Below, piece after piece: positions 50,236 to 60,451 of a DNA stretch of 64,000 nt (its first letter is position 1; the number at the start of each line of letters is the position of its first letter). This DNA is from Candidatus Omnitrophota bacterium (GTDB taxonomy: Bacteria > Omnitrophota > Gorgyraeia > JABMRN01 > RBG-13-46-9). Location: positions 24,141-88,140 of the forward strand of contig JAMXCZ010000001.1 in assembly GCA_024542975.1 (NCBI GenBank), read 5' to 3'. A program made the position numbers and the translations under genes. Below the pieces are notes generated by a model. It was given only the letters and a program-made list of their open reading frames with translations, had not been told where the DNA came from and did no database searches.

Positions 50236-52904
50236 ACCTCGACCTTTTCCATCTCAAGCCAGTTCTTGCCGGCTTTAAGGCTTATCCGCACAGGGACTTT
50301 GAGCTTCATCACGTGCTCCATGACGTCTTTGACAGCTCCTGCCAGCGCCATACGCGACTTCTCGTCAACCTCAAAAACCAACTCATCATGCACCTGCAGA
50401 ATCATCTTCGCGTCAAACTTATCAAGCACGCCTCTTAGGTTTATCATGGCAAGCTTTATGAGATCCGCCGCGGAGCCCTGTATGGGCGTATTGATCGCGG
50501 TTCGCTCGGCGAAACTTCTCACCTGCGCGTTTTCGCTCTTTATTTCAGGAATATAACGGCGCCTTCCAAGAAGGGTCGTAACATACCCGTTTTTAGAGGC
50601 GAAATCGATCCGGCTTTGCAGATACTCTTTGATGCCGGGGTACCGCTCGAAATATGCGTCGATAAACTTGGCTGCCTCGCTTACGTCGATGCCGAGATCC
50701 CGGCTAAGGCCGTAGGCGCTCATCCCGTATACGATACCGAAATTTACCGTCTTTGCGGCGCTACGCATCTCCGGGGTCACGTCTTTTTCTTCCGCGCCGT
50801 ATATCATGGACGCAGTAGCCTTGTGCACATCGCCTTCGCGCCGGAACGCATCGACAAGGCTCGTGTCACCCGAAAGGTGCGCAAGAATCCGGAGTTCTAT
50901 CTGCGAATAATCGGCCGACAGTAAAATCTGCGATTTTCCTTCCGCGACAAAAGCCTTGCGGATTTTTTTGCCCATATCCGTTTTTATCGGTATATTCTGC
51001 AGGTTCGGGCCGCTCGACGAAAGCCGGCCGGTAGCAGTTACGGCCTGATTAAATGACGTGTGTATCCTGCCGGTGCGCTCGTTTATGAGCCCTGGCACAT
51101 TATCTACATACGTTGACTTAAGTTTCGCGAGCTCCCGATACCGTAGAATCTCCTTCGGCAGCTCCCAATCCGCGGATAAAGTTCTCAGCACCTCTTCATC
51201 CGTAGAGGCGCCGGTCTTTGTCTTTTTTATTATCGGCATCTTTAGTTTCTCGAAAAAAATAACCTGAAGCTGCTTGGGGGACCTTATGTTGAATTCTTCA
51301 CCGGCGAGTGAAAAAATCTTTTTTTCCAGTTTTTTTATTTCTTCTTCCATCTCGGCAGAAAGGGCGGCGAGGTATCCGGTGTCCACACTTACGCCGCACA
51401 ACTCCATGCGCGCCAATACATCGACAAGGGGCATCTCTACGTCGCGGAATAAATCATACAGCCCCTTTTCTTTAAGTTTATTTTCCAGGATTTTCCGAAG
51501 TCCAAACGCCGCGTCGCTGTCCGCGCAGCAATAATCGCGCACCTTACCCACATCTACCTTATCCATGGTTATGGCCTTTTTGCCTTTTCCTATCAACTCC
51601 TCGATCGACCCCATTATTCGTCCGGTGTATTCAAACGAAATATCGTTCAGATTATGCGTAAAGCGCGAGGGGTTCAAAAGATAAGAAGCTATCATCGTAT
51701 CAAACCCTATCCCCTTTACCGAGATGCCTTCATTCTTTAATATTAACGAGTCGTATTTTATATTCTGGCCTATTTTCTCAAGCGTTCCATCCTCAAATAT
51801 GGGCCTTAGCGCGCCCAGGGCCTCATCCATCCGCATATCAGAAAGCGCGTTAAGCGGAACATAGCGCGCCGTACCCTCTTTCCAGCAAAATGAAACGCCT
51901 ACGGGACGCGCCCGCATCGGATCATGGTGGGTTGTCTCAAAATCAAATGCAAAGGCTCCGGCGCGCCGGAGGGTTTTTACGAGCTCCTTGAGGCCCTTTT
52001 TGCAGTCAACTAGGGCATAATCACCCTTGCGCTCCTGTTTAGGCGCAACTTCCTTGAGCAGGTTCCTGAACTCCAGCTCCGCAAAAAGGCCGGCAAGCGC
52101 TTCCCTATCGAACTCCTCCGCGCGAAAGCCTTTAAAATCTGCTTCGATAGGAACCTCGCAATGTATCGTAGCAAGATCTTTGCTTAAAAGCGCAAGCTCC
52201 CGCGATTCATCTATTTTTTTTCGTCTGGATTCGCTTTTTATTTTATCTGAGTTTTTTAAGATGTCTTCCAGGCTGCCAAATTCGCGCATAAGCTCTCTTG
52301 CGGTTTTCTCCCCTATGCCGGGCACCCCGGGTATACTATCGGAGGCATCCCCCATAAGTGCCATAAGGTCTGTCATTTTACAAGGTTCTACGCCAAACCT
52401 CTCGCGCACCTCCTTTTCGCCGAGAACCAAACCGTCCTTGCTGGGATTATAAACCTTGGTGTGCGGCCCCACAAGCTGCAGCGCATCCTTGTCGCCGGTA
52501 ACGAGAAATGTATCTATTCCTTCCGTTTCGGCTTTTTTTGCGAGCGTCCCCAATATGTCATCCGCCTCATAACCCTCTGCCTCATATATTGATATGCCAT
52601 AAGCCCGTATCACTCGCTTAATATAGCCAAGCTGGCTTACCAGGTCATCCGGCATGGGTTTGCGCGTAATTTTATAGCCCGCGTACTTCTTATGCCGGAA
52701 TGTAGGGCCCTTCAGATCGAACGCCACAGCAATTATATCGGGCGCCTCATCCTTTATAATCTTTCGTATCATAGTGATTACGCCATAGATAGCGCCCGTA
52801 GGCTGTCCCTTCGAATTTGAGAGGTGGCGTATAGCATAAAAAGCCCGATAACAGAACGAATTGCCGTCGATTAAAAAAAATCTTTTTTTATGCGCGCCGG
52901 GCAT
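50232..52904 (-). CDS. polA: DNA polymerase I
   Basis: 890 aa: 5'-3' exonuclease N-terminus, 3'-5' exo-like middle, polymerase motifs (…DYSQIELRILAHLSGD…, …QVHDELVFE…). Confidence 0.97.
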   Translation of the reverse strand: MPGAHKKRFFLIDGNSFCYRAFYAIRHLSNSKGQPTGAIYGVITMIRKIIKDEAPDIIAVAFDLKGPTFRHKKYAGYKITRKPMPDDLVSQLGYIKRVIRAYGISIYEAEGYEADDILGTLAKKAETEGIDTFLVTGDKDALQLVGPHTKVYNPSKDGLVLGEKEVRERFGVEPCKMTDLMALMGDASDSIPGVPGIGEKTARELMREFGSLEDILKNSDKIKSESRRKKIDESRELALLSKDLATIHCEVPIEADFKGFRAEEFDREALAGLFAELEFRNLLKEVAPKQERKGDYALVDCKKGLKELVKTLRRAGAFAFDFETTHHDPMRARPVGVSFCWKEGTARYVPLNALSDMRMDEALGALRPIFEDGTLEKIGQNIKYDSLILKNEGISVKGIGFDTMIASYLLNPSRFTHNLNDISFEYTGRIMGSIEELIGKGKKAITMDKVDVGKVRDYCCADSDAAFGLRKILENKLKEKGLYDLFRDVEMPLVDVLARMELCGVSVDTGYLAALSAEMEEEIKKLEKKIFSLAGEEFNIRSPKQLQVIFFEKLKMPIIKKTKTGASTDEEVLRTLSADWELPKEILRYRELAKLKSTYVDNVPGLINERTGRIHTSFNQAVTATGRLSSSGPNLQNIPIKTDMGKKIRKAFVAEGKSQILLSADYSQIELRILAHLSGDTSLVDAFRREGDVHKATASMIYGAEEKDVTPEMRSAAKTVNFGIVYGMSAYGLSRDLGIDVSEAAKFIDAYFERYPGIKEYLQSRIDFASKNGYVTTLLGRRRYIPEIKSENAQVRSFAERTAINTPIQGSAADLIKLAMINLRGVLDKFDAKMILQVHDELVFEVDEKSRMALAGAVKDVMEHVMKLKVPVRISLKAGKNWLEMEKVEV

Positions 52905-53099
52905 ATTTATAAAACATCCGATTTTATTTCTCGATTAGTTTACTTAACCAGGTTGGTTTTTTTGTAATTTCGACCTAGCAGAATTTACAACAATGCCTTG
53001 TGCTCTGGCCACACCCTAACACATGCACACACGGCTGTCAAGCATTTTTCGCACCGCGACGCACCGAAATCCGCCTAAAACGGGCCTTGCATATCGCCC

Positions 53100-53444
53100 C
53101 TAAGTGAATATGAAAAATAGAATGATAAGCGTTATACCGGCGCAAGCGAGATAGAAATCATTGAAATAGAAAAAATCCCGGATCCTGTCCCGGTAAGATT
53201 CGGAATACTCGGCTTCGGGTAAAATCTTTATCTCTTCTCTTGGCGCGGATATAGGGGTGGTGCTCGCAATCCTGGCGCGAATCTCCTGCCGGATCGCCTC
53301 TACCTGTTCTCTCCGGAACCGTATAAATTTTCCACCGACCTTGTAAGCGGGAAGTTCACCGCTTGCAACGAGTTCCCGTATCTTTGTCCTGGGGATACCC
53401 AGGAGCGCAGCGACCTCTTTGACCGTTATGAGTTTTTCCGGCAT
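53100..53444 (-). CDS. Excisionase-family (HTH_17-like) DNA-binding protein with C-terminal transmembrane helix
   Basis: ITVKEVAALLGIPRTKIRELVASGELPAYKVGGKFIRFRREQVEAI HTH. C-terminal FYLACAGITLIILFFIF hydrophobic helix. Confidence 0.5.
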   Translation of the reverse strand: MPEKLITVKEVAALLGIPRTKIRELVASGELPAYKVGGKFIRFRREQVEAIRQEIRARIASTTPISAPREEIKILPEAEYSESYRDRIRDFFYFNDFYLACAGITLIILFFIFT

Positions 53445-53527
53445 GGTTTTATTACTTTTTTATCGAGATCCTTCACTCGCTTTCGCTCGTTCTGGATGAG
53501 CCCTCTAACATGAAAAACATCGAGGAC

Positions 53528-54058
53528 TCATTTTATTCGTTCGCTGTTAAGCCAGTCTTCGATCTTTGCCTTCTCAAACCGCCATTTATTTCCATCTTTT
53601 TCTGCGGGAAGCTTGCCTGCGCTCGCCCATTCCACAACCACGGCTTTGTCGACTTCCAGAAACTGAGCCACTTCTTCGATGGTTAATGCCTCCGAAGGGC
53701 TTCCCCCGGGCTTCTCCTCAAGCATGTTACAGTAGCCTTCCATGATAGCCCCCGCAGCAACAGTCAGGGCCGGCGTCCTAATAGTTCCCACTACGCACGC
53801 GGGAGCAATCAAACTGAGATCCTTCTGCGCCGAAATGTCACCCGTAACCTTACCCGCGACGATAATGGACTCCCCTATTATATCGGCATTTACGATGGCC
53901 TGAGCGCCGATAGTAAGAATGCCTTTCGTCTGGAGCTTCCCTTCAAACCTGCCGTTAATTCTTAAGTTTACGGCATCCTTGAATGTGAGCGTACCTTGCA
54001 TACTCGCGTCAACTTCTAAAACCTTCTCTTTCGGTTCTTCTTCTCGCCTTCTCCTCAT
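53528..54058 (-). CDS. Bactofilin-domain protein fused to a C-terminal excisionase-family HTH
   Basis: Bactofilin beta-helix repeats (…GTLTFKDAVNLRINGRFEGKLQTKGILTIGAQAIVNADIIGESIIVAGKVTGDISAQKDLSLIAPACVVGTIRTPALTVAAGAIMEGY…), then LTIEEVAQFLEVDKAVVVEWASAGKLPAEKDGNKWRFEKAKIEDWL. Confidence 0.6.
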   Translation of the reverse strand: MRRRREEEPKEKVLEVDASMQGTLTFKDAVNLRINGRFEGKLQTKGILTIGAQAIVNADIIGESIIVAGKVTGDISAQKDLSLIAPACVVGTIRTPALTVAAGAIMEGYCNMLEEKPGGSPSEALTIEEVAQFLEVDKAVVVEWASAGKLPAEKDGNKWRFEKAKIEDWLNSERIK

Positions 54059-54062
54059 AATT

Positions 54063-55022
54063 TTACCTCCACTTTTTATTCAACGCTTCGCCTAAACCGG
54101 CAACCATAGCGGCATTATCTACACACAATACCGGTGGCGGATAAAAAATTTGAACCTCCGATTTATCACACGCGCATTTAAGCTTCTCCCGCAACCGCAT
54201 ATTTGAAATAACACCGCCGCCCAGAAGAACGCTTTTTATTCCGAACTTTTTCGCGGCTCTCTTTATCCGCTCGGTAAGCACGTCAAACACGGCTTCCTGA
54301 AAAGACATAGCTATGCGCGCAATCTCTTTCCGATTCATTTTTTTCTTTTTGACATGGTAAAGAACCGCGGTCTTCACCCCGCTTAAGCTGAAGTCATATG
54401 AACCTTTGTCCAAATAAGCCCGCGGGAACTTAATCGGGGTCCCTCTTCTAAACCTTTTTGCGTATCTTTCTATTTTTGGGCCGCCAGGATATCCGATGCC
54501 CAGAATTTTCGCGACCTTATCAAAGGCCTCGCCCATGGCATCGTCTCGACTTCTTCCTATTATATCAAAATCTCTAAAAGATTTACAGATAAAAATGTTT
54601 GTGTGGCCGCCCGAAACAACGCACCCGATAAAGGGAAACCTTATTAAAGCGGCGTCTTTGCACAAAAAATTTGCGTATATGTGCGCGTGCAGGTGATTTA
54701 TGTTTATAAGATCGATGTTTCTTGAATAGGAGAGCGCCCTGGCAAATGAAACCCCTGTCAAAAGGCAGCCCGGAAGGCCGGGCGCGCCTGTAACAGCAAC
54801 CAAATCTATATCACCGAGAGTCTTCCCGGCCGCCCTTAACGCTTTCTTTGTTACGCGATTTATATATTCGATATGAAATCTGGAAGCGATTTCAGGAACC
54901 ACCCCCCCGTATTTCGCATGCAGGGGAACGCTGGATGAAACTATGTTGGATAGAATTTTGCGCTTCTCTACAACAGCGCAAGCAGTTTCGTCACATGAAG
55001 TTTCGATGCCCAATGTCGCCAT
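54063..55022 (-). CDS. tsaD: tRNA N6-adenosine threonylcarbamoyltransferase
   Basis: MATLGIETSCDETACAVV… Kae1/TsaD signature. HxH metal site (…HLHAHIY…). Confidence 0.93.
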   Translation of the reverse strand: MATLGIETSCDETACAVVEKRKILSNIVSSSVPLHAKYGGVVPEIASRFHIEYINRVTKKALRAAGKTLGDIDLVAVTGAPGLPGCLLTGVSFARALSYSRNIDLININHLHAHIYANFLCKDAALIRFPFIGCVVSGGHTNIFICKSFRDFDIIGRSRDDAMGEAFDKVAKILGIGYPGGPKIERYAKRFRRGTPIKFPRAYLDKGSYDFSLSGVKTAVLYHVKKKKMNRKEIARIAMSFQEAVFDVLTERIKRAAKKFGIKSVLLGGGVISNMRLREKLKCACDKSEVQIFYPPPVLCVDNAAMVAGLGEALNKKWR

Positions 55023-55105
55023 TTAGTATACCTTATTTTTACGAAAAAGCAACCCAAAAGTTCCGCTCGGCGGCTCTCGGCGCGTGTCTTCCCTGCTCAA
55101 ACATC

Positions 55106-56401
55106 TCATATTTGCTCTTTACCCTGCTTGTAGAAAAGTATTCCGCGTAACATGTCTATCGCTGCCTGCATCTGGTTGTCGTAGATGATCTCTTCTTTCG
55201 TCACTTCTTTTTTCTTCTCTTTCTCTTCTTCCTTGCTTTCTATTTTATCGAACACATCGCCTGTTTTTTCGATTACTTTCTTTTCCTGCCTTAACTTTAC
55301 CTCTACATCAGGTGTTATTCCGGTATTGCTTATACTGCGGCCTTTAGGCGTGTAATACGCTGCTGTAGTCAACCTCACCGCCGAGCCGTCCTTAAGGGGG
55401 ATAATCGTCTGAACGGATCCTTTGCCAAAAGTCTTGGTGCCCAGTATTATCCCTCTTTGATTTTCCTGGATTGCGCCGGCAACGATCTCTGAAGCGCTCG
55501 CAGATCCTTTGTTAACAAGGACAACCATCGGAAAATCAGTAAAGCTCTGCTTTCCGGTAGATATATACACCTTGTTCTGGGCAGGCACCCTGCCTTTAAG
55601 GGAAACCACGACCTTTCCTTCAGGCAGAAAATTGTCCGAAACTGCATACGAGGCGTCCAGGAGGCCACCGGGGTTATTGCGTAAATCCAAGATCAGCGCC
55701 TCCATACCGTCTTTTTTTAAACCGGATATTTTTTTCGCAAGCTCCCGGCCCGTTCTCTCCTGAAATTCAATAAGTTTGATGTAGCCGATCGTCTTATCGA
55801 TGATCCTTACGGTTTTTATGCTTTTCAATTTTATGATGCTTCGCACGATCGTAAAATCCAGAAGTTTTTCTTCGCCCTCACGCAAAACTGTAATGGTAAC
55901 CTTTGTGTTCGGTTTTCCCCGCAATTTCTTTACGGCATCGGTGAGATTGAGGCCTCTGGTAAGTTTTCCTTCGATTTTGACAATTCTATCCCCTGCCTTG
56001 AGTCCGGCTTTTTCCGCGGGCGTTCCGTCAATCGGGGCGATAACAGTCAAAATACTGTCCCTAATGCCGATTTCGATGCCCAGGCCGCCAAATTCGCCTT
56101 TCGTATCTATCTCCATTTCTTTAAAATCGTCCGGGTCCATAAAATGGCTGTATCCGTCAAGAGAGGAAAGAAGCCCTTCGAGAGCGCCATAGACGAGTTT
56201 CTTCGGCTCAATCTCCTCGACGAAATCGGACTGGACAATTGTAATTGCGTCCGCGAAGAGTTCGACCTGTTCGTATAATTCCTTATCCGGGGCCCCGGAT
56301 TCATCCGCTACGCACCGCATGTACACATATACAGAGCCGCAAATAACCAAAATGAGAGAGAGTCCGATCTTTAAAAATGACGATGCCGCTTTATTTTTCA
56401 T
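55106..56401 (-). CDS. ctpA: Carboxyl-terminal processing protease (peptidase S41) with PDZ domain
   Basis: PDZ (…GLKAGDRIVKIEG…), S41 catalytic region (…GSASASEIVAGA…), N-terminal signal/TM. Confidence 0.9.
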   Translation of the reverse strand: MKNKAASSFLKIGLSLILVICGSVYVYMRCVADESGAPDKELYEQVELFADAITIVQSDFVEEIEPKKLVYGALEGLLSSLDGYSHFMDPDDFKEMEIDTKGEFGGLGIEIGIRDSILTVIAPIDGTPAEKAGLKAGDRIVKIEGKLTRGLNLTDAVKKLRGKPNTKVTITVLREGEEKLLDFTIVRSIIKLKSIKTVRIIDKTIGYIKLIEFQERTGRELAKKISGLKKDGMEALILDLRNNPGGLLDASYAVSDNFLPEGKVVVSLKGRVPAQNKVYISTGKQSFTDFPMVVLVNKGSASASEIVAGAIQENQRGIILGTKTFGKGSVQTIIPLKDGSAVRLTTAAYYTPKGRSISNTGITPDVEVKLRQEKKVIEKTGDVFDKIESKEEEKEKKKEVTKEEIIYDNQMQAAIDMLRGILFYKQGKEQI

Positions 56402-57830
56402 TCTCCAACCTTTCTTTCAGGATTTTGTTTGCCTTCCCGGGATCAGCCTTTCCCTTGCTCTTTTTCATGACCTGTCCTACCAAAAACATTATCGCATTTG
56501 TTTTTCCATTTTTGTAGTCCGTGGCGGACTTTTCGTTTTCCCGAAGCACCTCGCGAACAATAGAGACAAGTTCACCGGAATCCTTTATCTGCCCGAGCCC
56601 CTTCCGGCGCACTATTTCCTCCGGATCTCCGCCTGAATCAAAAACATCTATGAGAACCTGTTTTGCGGCCGAGCCTGTAATCTCCTTCTGCTGGATCAAT
56701 TTAATAAGCCCGGCTAGGTGCGCCGGTGTGACGCGCGTCTTTCCGATCGCAACGTGCCGTTCATTCAAGGCGGATGTTATGTCGCCTAAAAGCCAATTTG
56801 CAATTTCCTTGGGGCTATTGAGGATCTTTACCGTCTTTTCGAAAAAATTCGCTATATCCGCATCTCGCGTCAATCCCGTAGCATCATATTCGCCGAGGGA
56901 ATATTCGGAAGCAAACCGTTTTTTCTTTGCCTTCGGAAGCTCCGGTATCGTATGCCTTATCTTTTCTATTTCTTCGTCGCTTGCCACAAACGGTATAAGA
57001 TCCGGCTCCGGAAAATAACGATAGTCGTGGCTTTCCTCCTTTACCCTCATTGATATCGTGATCCTTTTCTTCTCGTTCCAGAGACGGGTTTCCTGAACCA
57101 CTTTTTTCCTTTTTTTTAAGAGCTCGATCTGCCTTTCGGATTCATAGGCCAACGCATCCCTTACGGCCTTAAACGAGTTCATATTTTTAAGCTCTGCCTT
57201 GACGCCCAAAGACCTCTCGCCCTCGGGCCTCACTGATATATTCGCATCGCACCTTAAGCTTCCCTCTTCCATATTGCAATCCGAAACCTCTATATATTCC
57301 AGAATCGCTTTAAGATTCTCGAGGTAAAGGCTTGCCTCTTCCGGCGAACGGATATCGGGTTCGCTGACTATCTCCAGAAGCGGGGTACCGGCCCGATTAA
57401 GATCCACGTAGCTCGCTTGTGCCTCTCTCGTATGAATAAGTTTTCCCGCATCCTCTTCAAGATGCACCCGCGTTATGCCGATTTCTTTTCTTACCCCTTT
57501 ATTTTCGATTTCCAGATGCCCCCTGAAGGCAAAAGGTAGATCATATTGTGATATCTGGAAATTTTTGGGTAAATCGGGATAGTAATAATTTTTCCTGTCA
57601 AATTTTATAAGCTTTTGTATTTCGCAATCCAGCGCGAGCGCGGCTTTCAACGCAAAGCGGAACGCTTTTTCATTCAGGACCGGAAGCGCTCCGGGCAGAC
57701 CCAGGCAGACAGGGCAGGTAGAACTATTCGGCGGCAGGCCGAATTTCGCCCTGCATCCGCAAAAAGCCTTAGTTTCCGTCAAAAGCTGCGTGTGGACCTC
57801 AAGCCCTATAACTGTTTCGTATCGTTTCAT
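56391..57830 (-). CDS. gatB: Asp/Glu-tRNA amidotransferase subunit B
   Basis: MKRYETVIGLEVHTQLLTETKAFCGC…, GatB signature. Confidence 0.95.
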   Translation of the reverse strand: MKRYETVIGLEVHTQLLTETKAFCGCRAKFGLPPNSSTCPVCLGLPGALPVLNEKAFRFALKAALALDCEIQKLIKFDRKNYYYPDLPKNFQISQYDLPFAFRGHLEIENKGVRKEIGITRVHLEEDAGKLIHTREAQASYVDLNRAGTPLLEIVSEPDIRSPEEASLYLENLKAILEYIEVSDCNMEEGSLRCDANISVRPEGERSLGVKAELKNMNSFKAVRDALAYESERQIELLKKRKKVVQETRLWNEKKRITISMRVKEESHDYRYFPEPDLIPFVASDEEIEKIRHTIPELPKAKKKRFASEYSLGEYDATGLTRDADIANFFEKTVKILNSPKEIANWLLGDITSALNERHVAIGKTRVTPAHLAGLIKLIQQKEITGSAAKQVLIDVFDSGGDPEEIVRRKGLGQIKDSGELVSIVREVLRENEKSATDYKNGKTNAIMFLVGQVMKKSKGKADPGKANKILKERLENEK

Positions 57831-57882
57831 GATTAAATGTTGTATTTCCTGCTTACAGCTTATAGCTTATAACTTAAAGCTG

Positions 57883-59274
57883 TTATAATTTCGGTTTCCT
57901 CTTAGAAAATGCCGTATTCTGCTCAAACGTATACGCAACCCTGATCAGGCTTTCTTCGTCAAACGCCTTGCCGAGAAACTGCAGGCCTATCGGTAAACCC
58001 GATTCGGTGAAACCGCACGGAACGGATATGCCGGGAATGCCGGCAAGATTGGCTGGTATCGTAAAAATGTCCGACAGGTACATGCTAAGCGGGTCATCTA
58101 TCTTCTCCCCGATTTTGAAAGCCGCAGTCGGCGTTGTCGGTGTCAGGATAACGTCGCATTTTTTAAAAGCCTCTTTGAAATCATTCTTTATCAGGGTCCT
58201 CGTCCTCATCGCTTTCAGGTAATACGCTTCGTAGTACCCGCTTGAGAGCGAATATGTCCCGAGAAGGATTCTTCTTTTAGCTTCACTCCCGAAACCTTTG
58301 GTGCGCGTTTCTATGTACATATCTATCATACTTTTCGCATCTTCGCGCAATCCATACTGGTCCCCGTCAAAACGCGCAAGATTGGAGCTCGCCTCCGCCG
58401 GCGCGATTATATAGTAACAGCTTACGGCGTATTCCGTATGCGGCAGGCTTACATCAATAAGTTCCGCGCCGAGATCCCGCAATATATTTTTGGCAGCTTC
58501 AATTTTATCCGCCACTTCCCTATCCAGACCATTCGATGGAAAATATTCTTTGGGAATGCCAAGCTTCATATTTTTAATAGTTTTTTCCAGTGATTTTGTA
58601 AAATCCGGAACCGGGAGACTTGCGGACGTTGAATCCATTTCATCATAACCGGAAATTACGTTAAGAAGAGACGCGCAATCGCTTACATTGCCCGTAATGG
58701 GGCCTATCTGGTCGAGGCTCGAAGCAAAAGCAATCAGGCCATAACGCGAGACCCTGCCGTAAGTGGGTTTCATACCGCAGACGCCGCAAAGTGCCGCCGG
58801 TTGCCTTATAGAGCCGCCTGTATCAGACCCCAAAGCCATCGGCACCTCACCCGAGGCTACTGCCGCAGCACTCCCGCCACTTGAGCCGCCGGGTATCCGC
58901 TCCAGATCCCACGGGTTTCTGGTAGGCCCATAACACGACGTCTCGCACGAAGAGCCAAAGGCAAACTCGTCCATATTGGACTTCCCCATCAAAATAAAGC
59001 CGGCTTTTCTAATCTTCGTGATAACAGTAGCATCATACGGAGGCTTAAAACCCTTGAGTATCCTGGAGGCGCAGGTCGTAGGCTCGTCCCTTACGCAAAT
59101 ATTATCTTTTATAACAATCGGCGTCCCGGAGGCTACGCCACCGGAGAGCGAGGCGGCTTCTTCGGAGCCCTGAACCTTTTCCTTGTCGATATAGATAATG
59201 GCGTTCAGCTTTTTATTTACATCCCTTATGCGGTCTAGGCAGGCCTTCACCGTATCTCTTAAGTTTTTCTTCAT
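57883..59274 (-). CDS. gatA: Glutamyl-tRNA(Gln) amidotransferase subunit A
   Basis: Amidase signature GGSSGGSAAAVA and Ser-cisSer-Lys triad region. Confidence 0.95.
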   Translation of the reverse strand: MKKNLRDTVKACLDRIRDVNKKLNAIIYIDKEKVQGSEEAASLSGGVASGTPIVIKDNICVRDEPTTCASRILKGFKPPYDATVITKIRKAGFILMGKSNMDEFAFGSSCETSCYGPTRNPWDLERIPGGSSGGSAAAVASGEVPMALGSDTGGSIRQPAALCGVCGMKPTYGRVSRYGLIAFASSLDQIGPITGNVSDCASLLNVISGYDEMDSTSASLPVPDFTKSLEKTIKNMKLGIPKEYFPSNGLDREVADKIEAAKNILRDLGAELIDVSLPHTEYAVSCYYIIAPAEASSNLARFDGDQYGLREDAKSMIDMYIETRTKGFGSEAKRRILLGTYSLSSGYYEAYYLKAMRTRTLIKNDFKEAFKKCDVILTPTTPTAAFKIGEKIDDPLSMYLSDIFTIPANLAGIPGISVPCGFTESGLPIGLQFLGKAFDEESLIRVAYTFEQNTAFSKRKPKL

Positions 59275-59275
59275 G

Positions 59276-59578
59276 CTATCCGATTATTCTGGGAACGCGG
59301 AAAAAATCACCCTTACGATCAGGAGCATTTTTGAGCGCCTCCTCCGGCGTAAGCGACTTTCGGGCAACGTCTTTTCTAAAAACATTCTTGAGATTCTCCA
59401 GAGGGTGGTTTGTAGGCGGGATATCCTTTGAATCAACGAGATCAATCTTCCGTATGTATTCCAATATGGACTCGAGCTGCTTCTTGTATTTAGTAACCTC
59501 TCTATCCGAAAGGGCAATACGCGAGAGCCTAGCCACATTACGCGTCATTTTCTCGTCAATAATTTTTCGTTTCGCCAT
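59276..59578 (-). CDS. gatC: Asp/Glu-tRNA amidotransferase subunit C
   Basis: 100 aa. …VARLSRIALSDREVTKYKKQLESILEYI… GatC family. Synteny gatC-gatA-gatB. Confidence 0.88.
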   Translation of the reverse strand: MAKRKIIDEKMTRNVARLSRIALSDREVTKYKKQLESILEYIRKIDLVDSKDIPPTNHPLENLKNVFRKDVARKSLTPEEALKNAPDRKGDFFRVPRIIG

Positions 59579-59611
59579 ACTGCGTTAAATTACCATATAT
59601 ACCCCCTGTTG

Positions 59612-60439
59612 TCAATCCCATACGTTTGTTAGGCGGGCGAAGTCTTTGAGGGAGAGGGTTTCGGGGCGTGAATTTGGGTTGATTTTGGCGGACTTAAGGA
59701 AAGCTAATGTTGCGGTTTTTTTTAGGTTTTCGTCGGTCAAGGAATTTGCTATGGTTTTTCGCCTCTGGCTGTAGGCTTTTTTGATTATTCGGAACATGCG
59801 TGCTTCGTCTTTTACGCTTACCGGGTTCGTTTTGCGCATGCCAAGCTTGAGAAATGCGGATTCGACTTCCGGAGCGGGATAAAATGAATTTTTTGAGATC
59901 TTGAAAAGGATTTCCGGCCGGGTGTAATATTGAACATACAGGCTAAGTCTCCCGGTTTCCTTTGAACCCGGCCCTGCTACGATTCTTTCCGCCACCTCTT
60001 TTTGCACTACGAGATAAATCGTCTCTATGGCGGCCCTCTTGTCTATGAGTTTTTCAATTATGGGGCTGGTGATGTAATAAGGGAGATTTCCGTAAACAAC
60101 CATTTTTTTGCCACGGACTCTCCCCGCTATGTCAAAGTCCAGAAAGTCCTGTTCTAAAAGCTCGACATTGCTCGGCAGCCTCAAAGCCTCTTTGAGAATT
60201 CGGACTATAGTTCTATCCTTTTCTATCGCAAAAACCTTCCCCGCGATTTCAGCGAGGCTGCGCGTAAGCTCACCGAAACCGGCACCGATCTCGATAACTG
60301 TGTCGCCCGAATTCAGGCCCAGGTTCGCAAGAATCTTCTCCTCGATATTTTTATCGATAAGAAAGTTCTGCCCCAGCCTCTTAACCGGCCGGAACCCGTA
60401 TTCATTCCAAAGGTTCAGCAATTCCGTTTTTGTTAACAT
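59612..60439 (-). CDS. rsmA: 16S rRNA (adenine1518/1519-N6)-dimethyltransferase
   Basis: …RPVKRLGQNFLIDKNI… and …VIEIGAGFGELT…, KsgA family. Confidence 0.93.
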   Translation of the reverse strand: MLTKTELLNLWNEYGFRPVKRLGQNFLIDKNIEEKILANLGLNSGDTVIEIGAGFGELTRSLAEIAGKVFAIEKDRTIVRILKEALRLPSNVELLEQDFLDFDIAGRVRGKKMVVYGNLPYYITSPIIEKLIDKRAAIETIYLVVQKEVAERIVAGPGSKETGRLSLYVQYYTRPEILFKISKNSFYPAPEVESAFLKLGMRKTNPVSVKDEARMFRIIKKAYSQRRKTIANSLTDENLKKTATLAFLKSAKINPNSRPETLSLKDFARLTNVWD

Positions 60440-60451
60440 ACTTTTTTTAGG

